From an uncultured delta proteobacterium (GTDB lineage Bacteria > Desulfobacterota > Zymogenia > Zymogenales > Zymogenaceae): 64,000 bases of DNA. Position 1 is the stretch's first letter, and every line of letters starts with the position of its first letter. The DNA lies in NCBI GenBank assembly GCA_963735595.1, contig CAVTLK010000002.1, forward strand, positions 384,001-448,000. The letters are read 5' to 3'. Made by a program: the position numbers and the translations under genes. Under the pieces are notes generated by a model. It had not been told where the DNA came from. It saw only the letters and a program-made list of their open reading frames with translations, and searched no databases. This document shows positions 21,979 to 34,235 of the stretch, one piece after another.

Positions 21979-23677
21979 CTAACTGCCCGGTGGCCGTTGT
22001 TCCTCCTGCCGTTTCATCTCCTCCTCTCTGAGCGTCTTCCTTAGCACCTTTCCCATCATGCTCTTGGGCAGGTCGTCGCGAAACTCGATAATCCGGGGGA
22101 CTTTGTAGGCGGCGAGGTTCTTCCTGCAGTAGGCGATGATGTCTTCGGCCGTGGCCGTCATGCCCTCTTTCAGGACGATAAACGCCTTAACCGTTTCCCC
22201 CGGTACGGATCGGGAATTCCCACCGCCACGGCGTCCCTGACCTTCGGGTGCGCGTAGAGCACCTCGTCGATCTCCCTCGGGTAGATGTTATACCCCCCGG
22301 CGATGATCATGTCCTTCTTGCGATCGACGATATAGAAGAATCCCTCTTCGTCCATCACACCGATATCCCCCGTATGGAGCCACCCGTCCTTCAGTACCTG
22401 TGCCGTTTCCTCGGGCCGGTTCCAGTAGCCGACCATAACTTGAGGTCCCTTTATTAGGATCTCGCCGGATTCGCCCGGCTTCTTGATCGTAACGCCGTCA
22501 TCGGCATCGACGATCTTCGAATCGGTATTGGGGATGGGAAAGCCGACGCTTCCGGGCTTACGCCTCCCGAAAAAGGTGTTGGCGTGGGAGACGGGCGCCG
22601 CCTCTGAGAGCCCGTAACCCTCGACGATGCGGCCGCCGGTGAGCCTCTCGAACTCACCCATCACCGAAACGGGCAGCGCCGAGGCCCCGGAAAAACACCC
22701 CTTTATGGATGAGATATCGTATTTCTTCAATTCCGGATGGTTGATTATCCCGACGTACATCGTCGGCACGGCGCAAAAATAGGTGGGCTTCAGTTTCGGG
22801 ATTGCCGAAAGGAGCATGTTTACGTCAAACCGGGGGATGAGCTGGATCTGGGCGGCCTGCCATATCGGCATGACGGTGCACATCGTCAGGCCGTATATGT
22901 GAAAGGCGGGGATTACCGAGATGTGCCGTTCCTTTCCCTCGACCGCGTTGGTGAAGTAACTGCCGATCTGGACGGTGCAGGCGATGATGTTCCGGTTGGT
23001 CAGCATGACGCCCTTGGGGGTGCCGGTGGTGCCGCCGGTGTACTGCAGCAGTGCAAGGTCGGCGGGGGTGGCCGCCTGGGGCGTGCCGGCCGGTTGATTG
23101 GACTTGATGATGTCCTTAAACCACGCTACCCGCTCGTCCGGGCGCGACCGTTACCCACATCCCCTGCCGTTTGGCGGCGATGGGGTAGAAGAGGGCCTTG
23201 AGGGGAGGGAGGTAGTCCCGGATGTTGGTGACGACAACGCGCTTGAGGGGGACCTCGCCCATGATCCCCTTGACCCGTTTTTCCCAGAGGATATCGAGGG
23301 TGACCAGGGTTTCGGCGCCGGAGTCGTTAAACTGAAACGTCAGCTCCCGCTCGACATAGAGGGGATTAAAACCGACGGCAACGGCGCCAAGCCTGAAACA
23401 GGCGTAGAAGGCGATGACCGATTGGGGGCAGTTGGGCAGCATAATCGCCACGCGGTCGCCCTTTTTTGACTCCCATCCGCGAGAGTCCCGCGGCCATCCG
23501 GTCCACATGATCCTTGAGCTGGCCGTAGGTAAGGACGTGGCCCATGAAATAGGTGGCGGGATTTTTCGGGTATTTCCGTACCGCCCGGTCGAGCACGTCA
23601 TAGATGGTGATCTCGGGGATATCCATGGTGGGCGTTACACCCTCGTCATAATAGGAGTGCCATAGTCGGGTTTCCAC
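21979..23677 (-). CDS. fadD: Long-chain fatty acid-CoA ligase (frameshifted)
   Basis: [12 protein letters not shown] (read at 23010-23046), [32 protein letters not shown]. Confidence 0.93.
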
Positions 23678-23727
23678 GGCTGCCTCACAATATAGATAAT
23701 TGGAAATAAATAAAACAGTATAATAAA

Positions 23728-23756
23728 ATTATAGTAAAAAGGGGACGGTTTGTCAA
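23728..23756 (-). promoter_or_regulatory. Perfect sigma70 consensus promoter for fadD
   Basis: Minus strand reads TTGACA-N17-TATAAT. Confidence 0.85.
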
Positions 23757-23806
23757 CGGGGACCGGGACAGGGCGGGGAAGTGCTACTGATCTTATCGAT
23801 ATCACA

Positions 23807-25796
23807 TCAGGTCGCTGCGGCGTTTCTCCCAACGGCCCGTACGGTAAGCCTGGCCTCGATGAGAATCTTATTGGGTTCGTCTGCCGCCCCAGTGCTCCTC
23901 CCAGTCGCCCGTTATCCGCGATTCGACTGCGAGGGACCGGTTTCGATCTCGTCACTGACGAGGACCGAGAGCTGTTCCATCGCCGCGGCCTTGGCATCGG
24001 CCAGCCGCCCGTAGCTCTTCCTTCCCTCGGGGGTAAAAAGGACGAAGGTAGCCGTCGCCGAAGGATCGGATGACGGCCTCGCGGTGCGCCAGCACCACAC
24101 CGGATACCGCCCCCACGGCGCCCGGCCACGGCCGCGTTATCCGGCACAACGCAATCGGCCCCGAGCCTTCGGGCGATGGGGGTAATGAAAAGGCCCACCG
24201 GCGCCCCGACCCCGATAATCGTTCTTTTAAGGCGAAGTCAAGACGTATCCCCCCCGCATCCGCCCGGCCGCCAGCCATGCGGCCGTGGGCTCCGCCAGCG
24301 TCCCGAAATTGCTATACCCGTTTCCGGTCTCCGCCCCAAGGCAGGAAGCGACGATTAGGAAGAAGAGCCGTCGGTCAATTTCGTCTATGACCCTCCGGGA
24401 TAGTTCCTCCGGGCCGATTCCGAGAAAACGCGCCGCCGCCGACAACGCGGCCTTTGATGCCGCAACGCTGCCTATCGAGCAGAGACCCGCGGCATTGAAG
24501 ACATCGGTGGGGGTCAGCCCGGCCCGTATGACGGCTTCCGTCGGCCGTAAGGCGATCCAAGGCCCGCTCCAGAAAAAGGCGCTCCCGGACATCGTCCGCG
24601 TCGGACTCACGAATGGGCATCTCCATTGCACGCTCTAGGATCTCGCGGTACTCGTCGGCGAACCGATCGGCCGTGGGCGGTGTCCACGCGGTAAAAAAGT
24701 CGGTGGGGAGGCACCTTTTCGCGGACCCCGGGGCTTGTTCAATTCGGTTGAGCAGCTCGATGATCCCGGGGTAGCGCTCTCCGAGCCTGCCGATCGGAAG
24801 GACGCGGACAGGCCCCACGGAAAGGGAATTCCGATCTGCATAGTCGATGAGGCTGTCGCCCCCCAGTCCCGTCGTACACATATCGACCGCCGAGACGAAC
24901 GTCCGGTAATCCCCCACCCGGCCCCCGCGGGGTGAGAGGCGGGGCGAGCCCGCCGAGAGCGCCGCGATATCGGTGGTCGTCCCCCCCACGTCGATGACGA
25001 TCGTATCGATGCCGCCCGGAATGGGCGCCAGGGTTCGCGCCCCCACGACGGAGGCCGCCGGTCCCGAGAGTATCGTCTCGATGGGGCGGGAGCGGGCCGT
25101 CGTCTCGCTCATGAGAGAGCCGTCGCCCCTGACTACCATGAGCGGCGCGGTGATCGAGAGGCGGGAAAGCGCGCCACGGACCGCGTCCAGGAGCCCGGCA
25201 ATCAGGGGGATGAGCCCGGCGTTGAGCGCCGCGGTAGTCGCGCGCACCTCGGCGTCCAGGTCCATCGAGAGGCGGTGACCCAGGACGACCGGCTTCTTAA
25301 CGGCCCGGGCTATGATAGCCTCGATTCGGTTTTCGTGGGCGGGATTACGAACGGAGAAATATGATGCGCAGGCATAGGCCGAAACGTCCCGGTCTACCGC
25401 AGTAATGAAGTCCTTTACCGCCTTTTCGTCGAGCGGAGCCGCCTCGTCGCCCCTTACGGTGTGCCCTCCGGTTACGTGCCGCGTCACAACGCCGGCAATG
25501 GGTACCGACAGGTCCCTTTCGTAGCCGACGATCAGAAGGGCCACCGGGCGGTTTTTCCTCTCGACTACGGCGTTGGTGGCCAGCGTCGTTGAGAGGCCGA
25601 CGAGGCTGATTGCGTTCGGATCGTATTCCAAGAGCCCGGCAATGGAATCAACGATGCCGTCGATGAGGCGATGATGTGTCGTCGGGGCCTTCGATTTGGC
25701 GACAATCTTTCGCGCCGCGGGGTCAAAAAGTACAGAGTCGGTAAATGTCCCGCCGGTATCGATACCCAGAAAGAGAGAAGATCTCTTGCGGCTCAC
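23807..25796 (-). CDS. Hydantoinase/oxoprolinase A-type (ASKHA ATPase) protein, frameshifted
   Basis: GIDTGGTFTD, LSTTLATNA, ETILSGPAAS, DVGGTTTDI, GLGGDS. Confidence 0.85.
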
Positions 25797-26488
25797 CAGG
25801 ACGCCCCCATGATCTCGAACATTGATCGCCCGGGGCAGTCCTTTCTGTCGCAGAGTTGACAGGGGGTATCTGTGGATATCTCGCCGGTCTTTCCGATCCC
25901 CAGGAGACCCGAGACGCTCTTCTTCGGGATCATGAGGAAGGTATCGGTGAGCCGTATCCCGATTCGGGGAGGTACGATGAGGTCAAAAAGGACCCGTTGT
26001 TCGGCGAGGTCCCACCGGCACTGGCCGGGCCCGAAGGGGGGCGTAACGGCCCAACCGCGCGGCGCGGCCTCCGTGTTAAAAATCCTTCCTATGAGGTCAA
26101 TGGAGGCCTTGGCCAGCACGAGAGTGCCCGCCGTATCCAGGAGTACCGACGAGAGCACGTCGCCTTTTGCGGCAAACCCGGAGGCTTCGGTATCGAGCTC
26201 GGGGCCGAGCGTAACGGCGTATACCGCCGCCAGGTCCGAGCCTTTGAGAACCCGGGCGAGGATCTTTCCGGTAAACCTGCCGCCGCCAAGTGTTATGGCG
26301 CCGTCGTCGTCCCGGGCCGTTTCATGAACCTCGTAGACGGCCCGGGGATGTGCAAGGGCCAGCGCCCGTTCGACGATCCGGTCGGCGGCCGAAACCAGCC
26401 GCGGAGGGGCGGGGCGCTTGTCGGAATAGCCGGCTATTTTCAGCAGCGTTTCACGGTCGATGTGGATTGGGAGATCGTCGATGATCAC
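25793..26488 (-). CDS. Stand-alone B12-dependent methionine synthase activation-domain-like protein
   Basis: AVTLG, PPFGPGQ..WDL.EQ..LF, LTDTFLMIPKKSVSG, C-terminal CQLCDRKDC. Likely GTG start at 26488 with an AGGA SD. Confidence 0.8.
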   Translation of the reverse strand: MIIDDLPIHIDRETLLKIAGYSDKRPAPPRLVSAADRIVERALALAHPRAVYEVHETARDDDGAITLGGGRFTGKILARVLKGSDLAAVYAVTLGPELDTEASGFAAKGDVLSSVLLDTAGTLVLAKASIDLIGRIFNTEAAPRGWAVTPPFGPGQCRWDLAEQRVLFDLIVPPRIGIRLTDTFLMIPKKSVSGLLGIGKTGEISTDTPCQLCDRKDCPGRSMFEIMGASW

Positions 26489-26558
26489 GGTGATTATCCT
26501 GTATTGATTTTGGGACTCGATCGGCCTGCGACCGGACAGCGTTCCTTCAACCAAAATG

Positions 26559-26587
26559 ATTATAGCAGAAGACGGGGAGTGGTGGAA
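26559..26587 (-). promoter_or_regulatory. Extended -10 sigma70 promoter for the activation-domain/hydantoinase pair
   Basis: TTCCAC-N17-TATAAT with a TGn extension. Confidence 0.6.
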
Positions 26588-26670
26588 TAGCGCTCTTTAC
26601 CATGCGGGCAAATAATACGGTACGATCGTGCTATTCACGGCACTGTGCGGGGCAGTGCGTCATGGCCGCC

Positions 26671-26708
26671 TATAAAAAAACCCGGATTTCGTCCGGGTAT
26701 TTTTATAG
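26671..26708 (-). terminator. Intrinsic terminator after the DUF1858 gene
   Basis: CCCGGA/TCCGGG stem followed by a T7 run on the minus strand. Confidence 0.7.
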
Positions 26709-26726
26709 TCCCCTGTCGGCCAGGGC

Positions 26727-26963
26727 TTAATTTGCGGCCGCTTTCTCCTCGCCGCCGCCGGCACTCTTGTTGAGCTCACCGACGATAAAATCCACGTCCA
26801 GCCCGTGCACCATGGCGCCGTCGCCCAGCGTCTCCATCCGGGCGGCGGGGCAGGCAAAACATCCGCCGTGGAAATATTTCCGAAATACGTCCGCTGTCTC
26901 AGGATATAATTTCAGGACCTCATCGATGGACATATCCGCCGTGATCTTCTTCGTATCAGCCAT
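26727..26963 (-). CDS. DUF1858 small CxxC redox-domain protein
   Basis: ITADMSIDEVLKLYPET..VF, GCFACPAA..ETL..GA.VHG. Confidence 0.85.
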   Translation of the reverse strand: MADTKKITADMSIDEVLKLYPETADVFRKYFHGGCFACPAARMETLGDGAMVHGLDVDFIVGELNKSAGGGEEKAAAN

Positions 26964-27000
26964 TATCGTAACTCCTTCCGCTCAAGTTTCTTTCACTACT

Positions 27001-27029
27001 AATATAGTAGAATATTCTTTGTTTGTCAA
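27001..27029 (-). promoter_or_regulatory. sigma70 promoter for the DUF1858 gene
   Basis: TTGACA-N17-TATATT on the minus strand. Confidence 0.7.
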
Positions 27030-27130
27030 GGGCCTTTTCATATATTCCGCATGGTATCGCGGCTCTCGGGAAAAGACAAGTCTTTTTTCCCGGCCGCCGT
27101 GCCTTTTTTGGCCCACGCAGTGTTATCCTC

Positions 27131-27159
27131 TTGACATTCAATCAATCGTTTGATAGGAT
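27131..27159 (+). promoter_or_regulatory. sigma70 promoter for the MMPL gene with a palindrome in the spacer
   Basis: TTGACA-N17-TAGGAT with TGn; the spacer contains TCAATCAA|TCGTTTGA. Confidence 0.65.
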
Positions 27160-27354
27160 TTTTATCAACTAAGGGCCGGTTCTCGATGGGAAAATCGGTG
27201 AAGCACGGCCCTATCCGGGGGATCATAATCGGACGGCCCGGGATTATCGTCCCATAGTGGCCGGCGATCATCTCCAATTCTACGAAGTCGGCAGTTTTCC
27301 GGTATACAGGGCCGATTGCCGGAATTACCTAACGTCCTGAAGGTACTGACACCC

Positions 27355-29940
27355 ATGAAGCTGCACCACTACTATCGGCGATTCGCCCTATTTGTTACCG
27401 AATACCCTAAAACCGTCATTGCGGTCATGCTGGCGATTACGGCCCTGTTTGGCGTCGCGGCCGTCTCCCTCCAGATCGATCCCGATCCCTGGAAGATGAT
27501 CCCCGCCGAGGACCCCGCCGTCGTTTACTGGAACGAGGTGGAAGAGCTCTTCGGTAAATCGGACGCCGCGATCGTGGCGGTGGTCGCCCCCGGCACCATC
27601 TATAATCCCGCGTCGCTGGCCAAGGTCGACGAGCTGACCCGGCGTCTGGAGGAGATAAACCTGACGACGCCGGAGGACGCCGCGACCCTCCAGCGGATTA
27701 TTGACAATTCACAGGGGGAAGTACGCGACCTGCTGTCGGAGGCGGCAAAGGACGGGCTGACCGGGGGCGATATCGGGCTTCTTTCGGAAGCGATACGGTT
27801 GTTGTCGGAAGCCCCAACCGCCGATCCCTCGGTCATCTGGGACCTGACCGATATCACGGTCGCCCTGGACCCGCTTGACGACGCGATGGGCATCGCGTCG
27901 GTCGAGAATATCGAGAATATAAACGGGATACTTACCACCGGTCCCGTCATGGAATATCCGCCGACGACCGACGACGGGTGCCGGGCGGTCCGCGAAAAGG
28001 TGTTGGCCAACTGGATGCTTTCCGGGAAGATCGTCTCGGAGGATGAGACGGCCACGATCGTGTTTGCGAACACGACCTTCGAAGGGCATGAGTCGCGGAT
28101 GATGGCCCTCTACGACGGGATCAGGAGCATCACCGATGAACTCGGGGGGCCGGAGAGCTACTACCTCTCGGGAACCCCGATGATTATGAGCCGCGACTCA
28201 AAGTACATGAAGGATGACATGGCATTTCTGATCCCGCTGGTTATCCTGGTGATCATGGGGAGCCTCTTTCTGGTGTTCAGGAACGTCAAGGGGATGATTC
28301 AGCCGCTGCTGGTGGTGCTCGTCAGCGTGGTATGGACAATGGGGCTGATGGCGCTCGCGAAAGTCCCGATATCGATCGTGTCCAGCGCGCTGCCCGTAAT
28401 CCTCGTGGCGATGGGGTGCGCCTATGGAATCCACATTACCACGCAGTTTTACGGCCGCATCTCCCAGGGCGCCGAAAAGAGGCAGGCCCTGGTCGATACA
28501 ATGGAGGAGATCACCTCGCCGGTTATCATGACCGCCGTGACCTCCATGGTGGGCTACGGGTCTCTGGCCACGTCGAACCTTTCGCCGATTCGGGAGTTCG
28601 GCCTGTTCACGACGTTCGGGATATTTGCCGCCGTGCTCGCTTCCATCACCCTGATCCCGGCGGTTATCATGCTCTTTAAAGTCCCGGTGAAACTCTCGGT
28701 GGCGGTGGACCGAAGCTCCGACAACTCGCCGATCGTCAGGTTCATCGACGCCATCGGCAGGATCGTGGTAAAGAAGAAATTCCTGGTCTTTGCGGCGCTT
28801 GTCCCGGCCTTTATCCTGATTATCGTCCTGACAACGCAGGTGACGGTCGGGTACGGCTTCGTGAAAGACTTCAAGAAGAAAAGCGAGATCCGGGTCAGTG
28901 ACGATAAGATCAACGAGAAGTTCCCCGGTACCGTCACCTTCAACGTGATCATCGATTCGGGCCGGCCCGACGGGGCCAAGGACCCCGAGTTTCTCAAGAA
29001 AGTCGAGGGGCTTTGCAGCGATCTCGAGTCGGACCCCTTCGTGGGGGGGAGCACGTCGATCGTCGATTTCGTATACCGGATGAACTACGTCCTGCATGAC
29101 AACGATCCGGCCTATCTTCGTCTGCCCGGCGCGGTGGAGACCGTGACCGTTTCCGACGAGCTCGATCCCATGGGAACGGTCCGCGAGGAAACGGTCAGCG
29201 GCTCGGATGTCGTCGCCCAGTATATCCTGCTCTATGAAAGCTCCGGCGGCCGTGATATCGACAAGGTGGTTGACTTCGATTACCGGAAGGTCAATGTGGT
29301 CGTCTTCCTTAAATCCTCCTACTCCGGGGATATCGCGAGCGTCGAGAAGCGGGCGATGGATTACATCGACCGGAATTTCTCGGACGGAGAATCGGCGCAT
29401 ACCACCGGGGCAGGGGACCTGGTTGTCGCCATCTCCCGCTATATCATAAAGAGCCAGATGGTCAACCTTGCCACATCGCTCGTTACGGTCCTCATCATGC
29501 TCATGGTGGTCTTCAGGTCGGTCAAGGCCGGCCTCTTTGCGATCCTTCCCATCGTCTTTACGATTCTTGCGAACTTTTCCCTCATGAGGATCACCGGGAC
29601 GAACCTCGACGTGGCCACCGCCATGATCGCTTCGATGGGCCTGGGCGACTGGATCGACTTCGCGATCTATTTTACTTCGATCTATCAATTAGAGATCGCG
29701 CGGGAAAAAGACCGGGACACGGCGCTGATCAAGACGCTGCATAATACGGGACGTCCGATCTTCTTCAATGCGGTCTCGGTGGCGGTCGGCTTCCTGGTAT
29801 TGATGCTTTCCAACTTCAAACCGATCATGAATATCGGATGGCTGGTTGCCGCGACGATGATGATCAGCGCCTTTGCGACGTTCGTTATCCTGCCGATGGT
29901 GATATCCCGGTTCGGTCTGTACGACGCCGGGAAACGGTGA
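27355..29940 (+). CDS. RND superfamily MMPL-family transporter
   Basis: Two repeats of TM + large periplasmic loop + 5 TM; G.AYGIH, IREFG, GRPIFFNA. Confidence 0.88.
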   Translation: MKLHHYYRRFALFVTEYPKTVIAVMLAITALFGVAAVSLQIDPDPWKMIPAEDPAVVYWNEVEELFGKSDAAIVAVVAPGTIYNPASLAKVDELTRRLEEINLTTPEDAATLQRIIDNSQGEVRDLLSEAAKDGLTGGDIGLLSEAIRLLSEAPTADPSVIWDLTDITVALDPLDDAMGIASVENIENINGILTTGPVMEYPPTTDDGCRAVREKVLANWMLSGKIVSEDETATIVFANTTFEGHESRMMALYDGIRSITDELGGPESYYLSGTPMIMSRDSKYMKDDMAFLIPLVILVIMGSLFLVFRNVKGMIQPLLVVLVSVVWTMGLMALAKVPISIVSSALPVILVAMGCAYGIHITTQFYGRISQGAEKRQALVDTMEEITSPVIMTAVTSMVGYGSLATSNLSPIREFGLFTTFGIFAAVLASITLIPAVIMLFKVPVKLSVAVDRSSDNSPIVRFIDAIGRIVVKKKFLVFAALVPAFILIIVLTTQVTVGYGFVKDFKKKSEIRVSDDKINEKFPGTVTFNVIIDSGRPDGAKDPEFLKKVEGLCSDLESDPFVGGSTSIVDFVYRMNYVLHDNDPAYLRLPGAVETVTVSDELDPMGTVREETVSGSDVVAQYILLYESSGGRDIDKVVDFDYRKVNVVVFLKSSYSGDIASVEKRAMDYIDRNFSDGESAHTTGAGDLVVAISRYIIKSQMVNLATSLVTVLIMLMVVFRSVKAGLFAILPIVFTILANFSLMRITGTNLDVATAMIASMGLGDWIDFAIYFTSIYQLEIAREKDRDTALIKTLHNTGRPIFFNAVSVAVGFLVLMLSNFKPIMNIGWLVAATMMISAFATFVILPMVISRFGLYDAGKR

Positions 29941-30026
29941 GCCGGGGCATCCCGGACGGAATCGTCCGGTCCGCGGAGAATGCGGACAGCAGGGGATGGG
30001 TGAGCCGGCGGTGTACCATATTTCTA

Positions 30027-30055
30027 TTGATTACGGCTCATATGTATGATACGAT
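30027..30055 (+). promoter_or_regulatory. sigma70 promoter of the xerC-hslVU operon
   Basis: TTGATT-N17-TACGAT with TGn; the -10 ends 9 nt before the xerC ATG. Confidence 0.55.
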
Positions 30056-30064
30056 ATCTTTTTA

Positions 30065-30999
30065 ATGAGTCAGGAAAACGTCATAGATCTCTTCTCCCGT
30101 TATCTCACCTACGAGCGGGGGGCATCCGCCCATACCATCAAGAGTTATCTGACCGATCTCGCGGAATATACTGCCTTCCTTGACCGGGATGCGGCCGATA
30201 CGGGCAGGGGGGTGGTGGGCGCATCCCACCACGACATCCGCGCCTGGCTCGGCACGCTGGTGGGAAAGAGGGAGAGGAGCTCGGTCGCCCGCAAGCTTTC
30301 GACCCTTCGGACGTTTTATCGCTTCCTGATCAGGAAGGGCTACCGCGATGACAACCCGGCCGCCCTCGTATCGTACCCGCGCATCGGCGAACGATTATCG
30401 GCCTATCTCACGGTGGATGACGTCTTTGCGCTGCTGTACGCTGCCTGACCGGACGACGCCGGCGGGGAAGCGGGACGCGGCCATCCTCGAGATCCTCTAT
30501 TCCACCGGAATCAGGGTGGGGGAGTTAATGGCCCTCAACGCCCCGGATATCTCCTGGGACGAGTCGGTGGTGCGGGTAATGGGGAAGGGAAAGAAGGAAC
30601 GGATCGTCCCGATCGGCGGCCCGGCGCTGGCGAGCCTCCGGCACTATGTGGAGGCGAGAACACCCGGTGTGATGGGGCGTGCCGGGCTCGGCAATCGACC
30701 CGGTGGCCCTCTTTATCAACCGGCGGGGAGGGCGGCTGACCGACCGGAGCGTGAATCGGATAATCAAGAAATATATCCTGATGGGTGCGCTTACCCTCAA
30801 CGTGAGCGCCCACAAGCTTCGTCACGCATTTGCCACCCATCTGTTGGAGATGGGGGCGGACCTGCGGGACATACAGGAGATGCTGGGACACGAGACCATC
30901 TCCACCACCCAGCGGTATACCCATGTCACGGTAGATACCCTGATGAAGATATATGACCAGGCCCATCCGAGGTCGGGAAGGAAAGGGAGTAAGCTATGA
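30065..30999 (+). CDS. xerC: Tyrosine recombinase XerC (2 frameshifts)
   Basis: [44 protein letters not shown]...STTQRYTH; upstream of hslVU. Confidence 0.9.
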
Positions 31000-31529
31000 G
31001 CATTGTTCGTTCGACAACGGTTCTGGCCGTCAGGAAAGACGGGCAGGTCGCTATGGCCGGGGACGGCCAGGTGAGCATGGGCGAGACGGTCGTCAAGCAT
31101 GGCGCAAAGAAGATCAGAAGGCTCTATAACGGCAAGATACTGGCCGGATTTGCCGGGGCCACCGCCGATGCCTTTACCCTCTTTGAGCGCTTTGAGATGA
31201 AACTGGAGCAATACGGCGGAAACCTCATGCGCAGCGCCGTCGAGCTGACCAAGGAATGGCGGACCGATAAATACCTTCGACGCCTGGAAGCGCTGCTGCT
31301 GGTGGCCGACGGGACGACGATGCTGGTTATCTCCGGCGGAGGCGACGTGCTGGAACCGGACGACGAGGTCATCGCCATCGGCTCCGGCGGGGGTTACGCC
31401 CAGGCAGCGGCGCGGGCGCTGATCCGCCACACGTCGCTCTCGGCTCAAGAGATCGCCGAGGAGAGTTTGAAGATAGCCGCGGGGATCTGTGTCTATACCA
31501 ACGACCGGATCACGGTCGAAGTCCTGTAA
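30996..31529 (+). CDS. hslV: ATP-dependent protease subunit HslV
   Basis: [32 protein letters not shown]. Confidence 0.97.
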   Translation: MSIVRSTTVLAVRKDGQVAMAGDGQVSMGETVVKHGAKKIRRLYNGKILAGFAGATADAFTLFERFEMKLEQYGGNLMRSAVELTKEWRTDKYLRRLEALLLVADGTTMLVISGGGDVLEPDDEVIAIGSGGGYAQAAARALIRHTSLSAQEIAEESLKIAAGICVYTNDRITVEVL

Positions 31530-31649
31530 ATCAAGAATGAATGGGAGCGGGGCCGCGGTAACGCCTGACCCCGGGCGCCCGATGAGAAGATCTCTATAGT
31601 TAATTTCGTCCGGGTCGGGCAGGGGCCTGATCCAAGGGAGGATAACCGA

Positions 31650-33047
31650 ATGCAGACCTTTACGCCCCGGGAGATCGTCTCGGAGCTGGATCGATATATC
31701 GTCGGCCAGGACAAGGCAAAACGCGCCGTGGCCATCGCACTCAGGAACCGCTGGAGAAGGATGCGGGTTCCCGAGGACCTCCGGGACGAGATCGCCCCGA
31801 AGAATATCATCATGATCGGCCCTACCGGTGTGGGAAAGACCGAAATCGCCCGCAGGCTGGCGAAGCTCGCCCAGGCCCCCTTCCTGAAGGTTGAGGCCAG
31901 CAAGTTCACCGAGGTGGGCTATGTCGGGCGGGACGTGGAGTCGATGATACGCGACCTCATGGAGCTTGCCGTCAGCATGGTCAAAGAGGAGGAAGTCGCC
32001 AAGGTGCAGGTCAAGGCCCAGGAGCTGGCCGAGGAGCGGATCCTCGATATCCTCCTGCCGCGTGGCAAGTCCGCCGCGCCTCCGGCTAATGGGTCCGACG
32101 GCGAACAGGAGGGAGCGGAGAGCACGGGGAGCACCGAGGAGACGGCCGTTGCGGAGACCGAGTCCCAGAAGAATACCCGGGAAAAACTCAAGAAACTCCT
32201 CCGGGAGGGAAAACTCAACGACCGGCTGGTGGAGCTTGAGACCAGGGAAAAGAATATCCCCATGGTGGAGATATTTTCGGGCTCCGGCATGGAGGAGATG
32301 GACATCAACATCAAAGACATGTTCGGAAACCTCTTCCCCAAGCGGACGAAGCGCAAAAAGGTGAAGGTCTCCGAGGCCCTGGCGATCCTCGCCCAGGAGG
32401 AGGCCCAGCGTCTCGTGGACATGGATAAGGTCGTCTCCGGTGCGGTGGAGCGTGTGGAGATATCGGGGATCATCTTTATCGACGAGATCGATAAGATCGC
32501 CGGCCGGGAAACCTCCCACGGGCCGGACGTATCCCGAGAAGGGGTGCAGCGCGATATCTTGCCCATCGTCGAGGGGTCGAGCGTCAATACGAAATACGGC
32601 ATCGTGAAGACCGATCATATCCTGTTTATCGCCGCGGGGGCTTTTCACGTCTCAAAACCCTCCGACCTGATACCCGAGCTCCAGGGGAGATTTCCGCTCA
32701 GGGTAGAGCTTGAACCGCTTAACAAGGAACACTTCGTGCGAATCCTCACCGAGCCGAAGAACGCCCTCATTACCCAGTACCGGGCGCTCATGAAGACCGA
32801 GTCGATCGACCTGGATTTCTCCGAGGACGCAATCCGGGAAATCGCGGAGATGGCGGCGCTGGTCAACAGCAGGAGCGAAAATATCGGGGCCCGGCGGCTG
32901 CATACGATCATGGAGCGGCTGCTGGACGAGATATCGTTTACCGCACCGGAGCTTACGACCAAGGCCATCTCGATCGACAAAGGCTACGTCCAGGAGCGCC
33001 TCAAGGACGTCATCGAGGACCAGGACCTGAGCCGATTTGTCCTGTAA
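31650..33047 (+). CDS. hslU: ATP-dependent protease ATPase subunit HslU
   Basis: [33 protein letters not shown]. Confidence 0.98.
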   Translation: MQTFTPREIVSELDRYIVGQDKAKRAVAIALRNRWRRMRVPEDLRDEIAPKNIIMIGPTGVGKTEIARRLAKLAQAPFLKVEASKFTEVGYVGRDVESMIRDLMELAVSMVKEEEVAKVQVKAQELAEERILDILLPRGKSAAPPANGSDGEQEGAESTGSTEETAVAETESQKNTREKLKKLLREGKLNDRLVELETREKNIPMVEIFSGSGMEEMDINIKDMFGNLFPKRTKRKKVKVSEALAILAQEEAQRLVDMDKVVSGAVERVEISGIIFIDEIDKIAGRETSHGPDVSREGVQRDILPIVEGSSVNTKYGIVKTDHILFIAAGAFHVSKPSDLIPELQGRFPLRVELEPLNKEHFVRILTEPKNALITQYRALMKTESIDLDFSEDAIREIAEMAALVNSRSENIGARRLHTIMERLLDEISFTAPELTTKAISIDKGYVQERLKDVIEDQDLSRFVL

Positions 33048-33184
33048 TACCCGGACGGGCCGGCGGGCCGTGACGGCCCTCTCACACCAGCCAGGCATCG
33101 GGTGTGGCGGGCGGCTATACGACTACGGGGCCTGCGCAGGGCACGGGGGCCGCGTGGATAGATACACTCCGATTAACCATGTGA

Positions 33185-34140
<956 letters not shown>

Positions 34141-34235
34141 TCACCGGGGTGTCGATGGGATTCGGGCGGCGCGGACGACGAGCCTGCGCCTTCCGGTTAT
34201 TGCACGGTTTCCAAACCGACAAGAGATCACGTACG

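Noticed and set aside
26636..26720. Possible cobalamin riboswitch (ACTGCCCCGCA on the minus strand) upstream of the B12 activation-domain gene
   Set aside because: No GGGAA/GGTG core or B12 box. It is a simple GCACTG/CAGTGC hairpin next to a terminator and lies upstream of the predicted promoter.
30446..30448. In-frame TGA codons (xerC here; also about 48161 and 60397) as selenocysteine or readthrough
   Set aside because: In each case the protein continues in a different frame, so these are indels, not recoding.
30065..30999. Tyrosine recombinase as a prophage or island integrase
   Set aside because: It sits in the conserved xerC-hslVU context, with no att sites or phage genes.
30822..32648. 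Long antisense ORFs (608 aa here; also 28198-29688, 37489-38865, 42918-44567, 54153-55448, 56920-58068)
   Set aside because: These are shadows of GC3-biased real genes on the opposite strand and have no recognisable motifs.
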